NCBI RefSeq assembly: GCF_006345805.1
Contig: NW_021828707.1
Location: forward strand, 1-7,883
Length of the DNA stretch: 7,883 bases
From: Octopus sinensis
Taxonomy: Eukaryota
Direction: 5' to 3'
Below are positions 5,770 to 7,883 of this stretch, piece by piece; the first letter of the stretch is position 1, and every line of letters begins with the position of its first letter. The notes beneath the pieces were generated by a model. It saw nothing but the letters and a program-made list of their open reading frames with translations. It was not told the origin of the DNA and searched no databases. Both the position numbers and the translations under genes were made by a program.

Positions 5770-6720
5770 TTTCTAAACACAATTGCAGAACTTAAGTTCC
5801 TCAATTTTCTTTCATTTTCTCCTAGAACTATCTTTTACCGTTTTCAGACATAGCATTCCACAACCATTCCTATATCTCCCTTAATTATGTTACTCCTTTC
5901 TATTTGATTTTTTTACCAATTCCCCAACTTAAACCACATTTCGCTACAATCGTCCGTCTATCTTTCTTTTGCCTGTTTCGAGTGCCAGTTACAAAAATAT
6001 TTCTATCTTCTTCACAAATATTATTACTTATTGGGTCAAATCCTACCAATAATCGATATCTGATATTTAGAAACGCTTTTCTCCCCGACCACCACCCCAA
6101 AAAAAAAGAAAAAAAAAGAATCAGGCCGTTCCTTCTTCACTGTAATTTTCTTTGTCTTCTTCCCAGACACCTTATTTGAAGTTCTTGAGGAATTTCTGGT
6201 TTTCACTTCGAGAACATTTTTGTTTTAAAAATTTATCCATATTTTCTTTATAAATTCACGTCCTTATCTGCTCGGAATTGGTATCTTTTCCCATCTCAAC
6301 TGGGTTTTCTTATATGTACTACATAGCACAGACGTTCTTTACCCAGAATCATCTCTGCATCAAAATCTTTTCTCGTTCCGATTAATCAATACATATCTAT
6401 AATATACCTTTTCATAAAACTATACTCTTTCCTGCGTTTTCTCACCATCCTCATCGCCACATCTCTCCCCCACTCCTCTTTCTTATTTTTGTGGCCAATC
6501 CACACTTCATCTTCACCATGTTACATACTGTTCTCAAAATGGCTTCCTTCCTTCTTGTCTTTCATCTGCAGAATTTATAACACATTCCTTTCCAGTGTCT
6601 CTTTGTATGTAAAACACTTTTATTGCTTGTTCGTTCATCAGAAAACAGTTTCTTTGCGAGAATTCTCTTAAATCATTCCAGTTAGCTTTTTATTGTTTCA
6701 AACTCTTAATGGCTTTAGTC
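5770..6720 (-). mobile_element. Possible highly eroded non-LTR retrotransposon (LINE endonuclease-like) fragment
   Basis: About 1 kb of non-repetitive, purine-rich minus strand. Broken frames give GDVAMRMVRK-like, NIFVTG/NIIKGD and ENGKR*F*E, loosely echoing the APE motifs GGVAILVR, IIxGDFN and NG..LL. Motif spacing is atypical and there are many stops. Confidence 0.3.
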
Positions 6721-6815
6721 ACTGAATTACGGCCATGATAGAGAACTGCAGTTGATCGTATTAATCTCAGTATATAAGTAATTATTTCAAAGCAGAATTT
6801 ACTAAATCGCGCCTG

Positions 6816-6836
6816 TTTGTCGAACCGCTATGTTAC
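6816..6836 (-). mobile_element. Possible tiny remnant of SINE family A
   Basis: TTTGTCGAACCGCTATGTTAC matches TTTGCCGAACCGCTAAGTAAC in the 1058-1459 copy at 18/21. Confidence 0.35.
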
Positions 6837-7040
6837 AGCAGATAAGGTGACGCAATATAAGCAACATCATGCTATAGACTGAGTTAAATAAAGACACACG
6901 TACGCACCTACAAATACAATAGACATACTCATAGGTGCGTATGTGCATGTATATACACATTTATATATATATATATATATTATGTTTACACACATCAAAG
7001 CATGAGGTTGGAAATATTTTTGGTGTTATCTATTCATCAT

Positions 7041-7117
7041 TACAGGTGTTTCGTTTGCTAATAGGAGTTACAAAATTATACATGTGAAATATCTCCTATT
7101 AGAAATTCCTACATGAG
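7041..7117 (-). other. Eroded hammerhead-like motif around a 10-bp hairpin
   Basis: The minus strand reads CTCATGT(7117-11)...CTAATAGGAG/CTCCTATTAG stem (7102-7093 / 7067-7058)...C-GAAA(7052-49)-C-ACCT-GTA(7043-41). Stem I cannot be formed. Confidence 0.3.
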
Positions 7118-7144
7118 GAGACAGTTTGGATTTTAACCCTATCC

Positions 7145-7300
7145 ACGTTATATATGCGTGTATGTATGTATGTATGATGTATGTATGTATGTATGTGTAT
7201 GTATGTACCTCTCTCTCTATATCTATATATATGTATGAGTATACACACACACACACACACAGACACACACAAAAACACACACACACACATATATATATAT
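7145..7300. repeat. Compound (TATG)/(CT)/(TA)/(CA) microsatellite
   Basis: Seen directly. Confidence 0.9.
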
Positions 7301-7632
7301 GGCTCAGTGGTTAGGGCAGCGGATTCGCTGTCATAGGATCGCGGTTTTGATTCCCAGACCGGGCGTTGTTTATTGACCGAAAACACCTAAAGCCCCACGA
7401 CACTCCGGGCGGGGTTTGATGGCAAATTCTGCTCTCTCACTCTTTCTTCCTGTTCCTGCTGTACTTGTATTTCTAAGTGCCCAGCCTTGTCACGCTGAAT
7501 CTCATCGAGAGCTACATTAAGGGTACACGGGTCTGTGTAGTGCTCAGCCACTTGCACGTTAATTTCACGAGCAGGCTGTTCCGTTGATTGGATCAACTTT
7601 AACCCTCATCGCCGTAACCGACGGAGTGTCAC
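7300..7632 (+). mobile_element. Near full-length tRNA-derived SINE, family B
   Basis: A box TGGCTCAGTGG at 7300-7310 and a degenerate B box GGTTTTGATTCC at 7343-7354. The 3' part has a second copy at 1-95. Confidence 0.8.
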
Positions 7633-7635
7633 GAT

Positions 7636-7676
<41 letters not shown>

Positions 7677-7686
7677 GTGGTGTGTG

Positions 7687-7731
<45 letters not shown>

Positions 7732-7742
7732 AGTGTGTGTGT
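7636..7742. repeat. (TA)n-(TG)n microsatellite
   Basis: TA run followed by an interrupted TG run. Confidence 0.95.
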
Positions 7743-7870
7743 TTACGTCCAAAGAGACCGATAGAATAAGTACTAGGCTTACAAAGAATAAGCCTGGGGT
7801 CGATATGCTCGGGTAAAGGCAGTGCTCCAGCATGGCCAACGTCAAATGACTGAAACAATAAAAGAATAAA
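7737..7870 (+). mobile_element. 3' portion of SINE family A with a ~21-nt internal deletion
   Basis: About 98/110 identical to the reverse complement of the 1058-1459 copy from AAAGAGACC to GAAACAA. It lacks CCGTTACTTAGCGGTTCGGCA after GTCC and ends in AATAAAAGAATAAA. Confidence 0.8.
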
Positions 7871-7883
7871 GCAATATTGTATA

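Noticed and set aside
6633-6641. Minus-strand CTGATGA
   Set aside because: No downstream stem II or GAAA at a workable position.

Overview
Repeat-rich, AT-rich eukaryotic non-coding DNA (intergenic or intronic). I cannot support any protein-coding gene: nearly all listed ORFs are translations of (TA)n/(TG)n/(GA)n/(CTA)n microsatellites. The SINE families and microsatellite density resemble what I recall from octopus (coleoid cephalopod) genomes; this is an inference, not a database result. The window holds three tRNA-derived SINE families (my labels A, B, C; six clear copies or fragments plus one possible remnant), many simple repeats, and possibly an eroded LINE on the minus strand. The features do not explain three long fold-back structures within about 2.6 kb. 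(1) 1592-1772 is a spacerless palindrome made of two head-to-head, eroded type I hammerhead ribozymes with complementary lesions. (2) 2824-3204 is an inverted SINE pair (140-bp arms, 5 mismatches) with the same 8-bp target motif TAAATATC at all three junctions. (3) 3742-4103 is a 137-bp inverted repeat with 1 mismatch. Its 88-nt loop carries the catalytic half of a canonical-core minus-strand type I hammerhead (CUGAUGA...GAAA-C-GAUC-GUA), while the cleavage site lies inside the stem. The hammerhead fold-backs sit beside (TA)n tracts and look like non-autonomous derivatives of Penelope-like elements.
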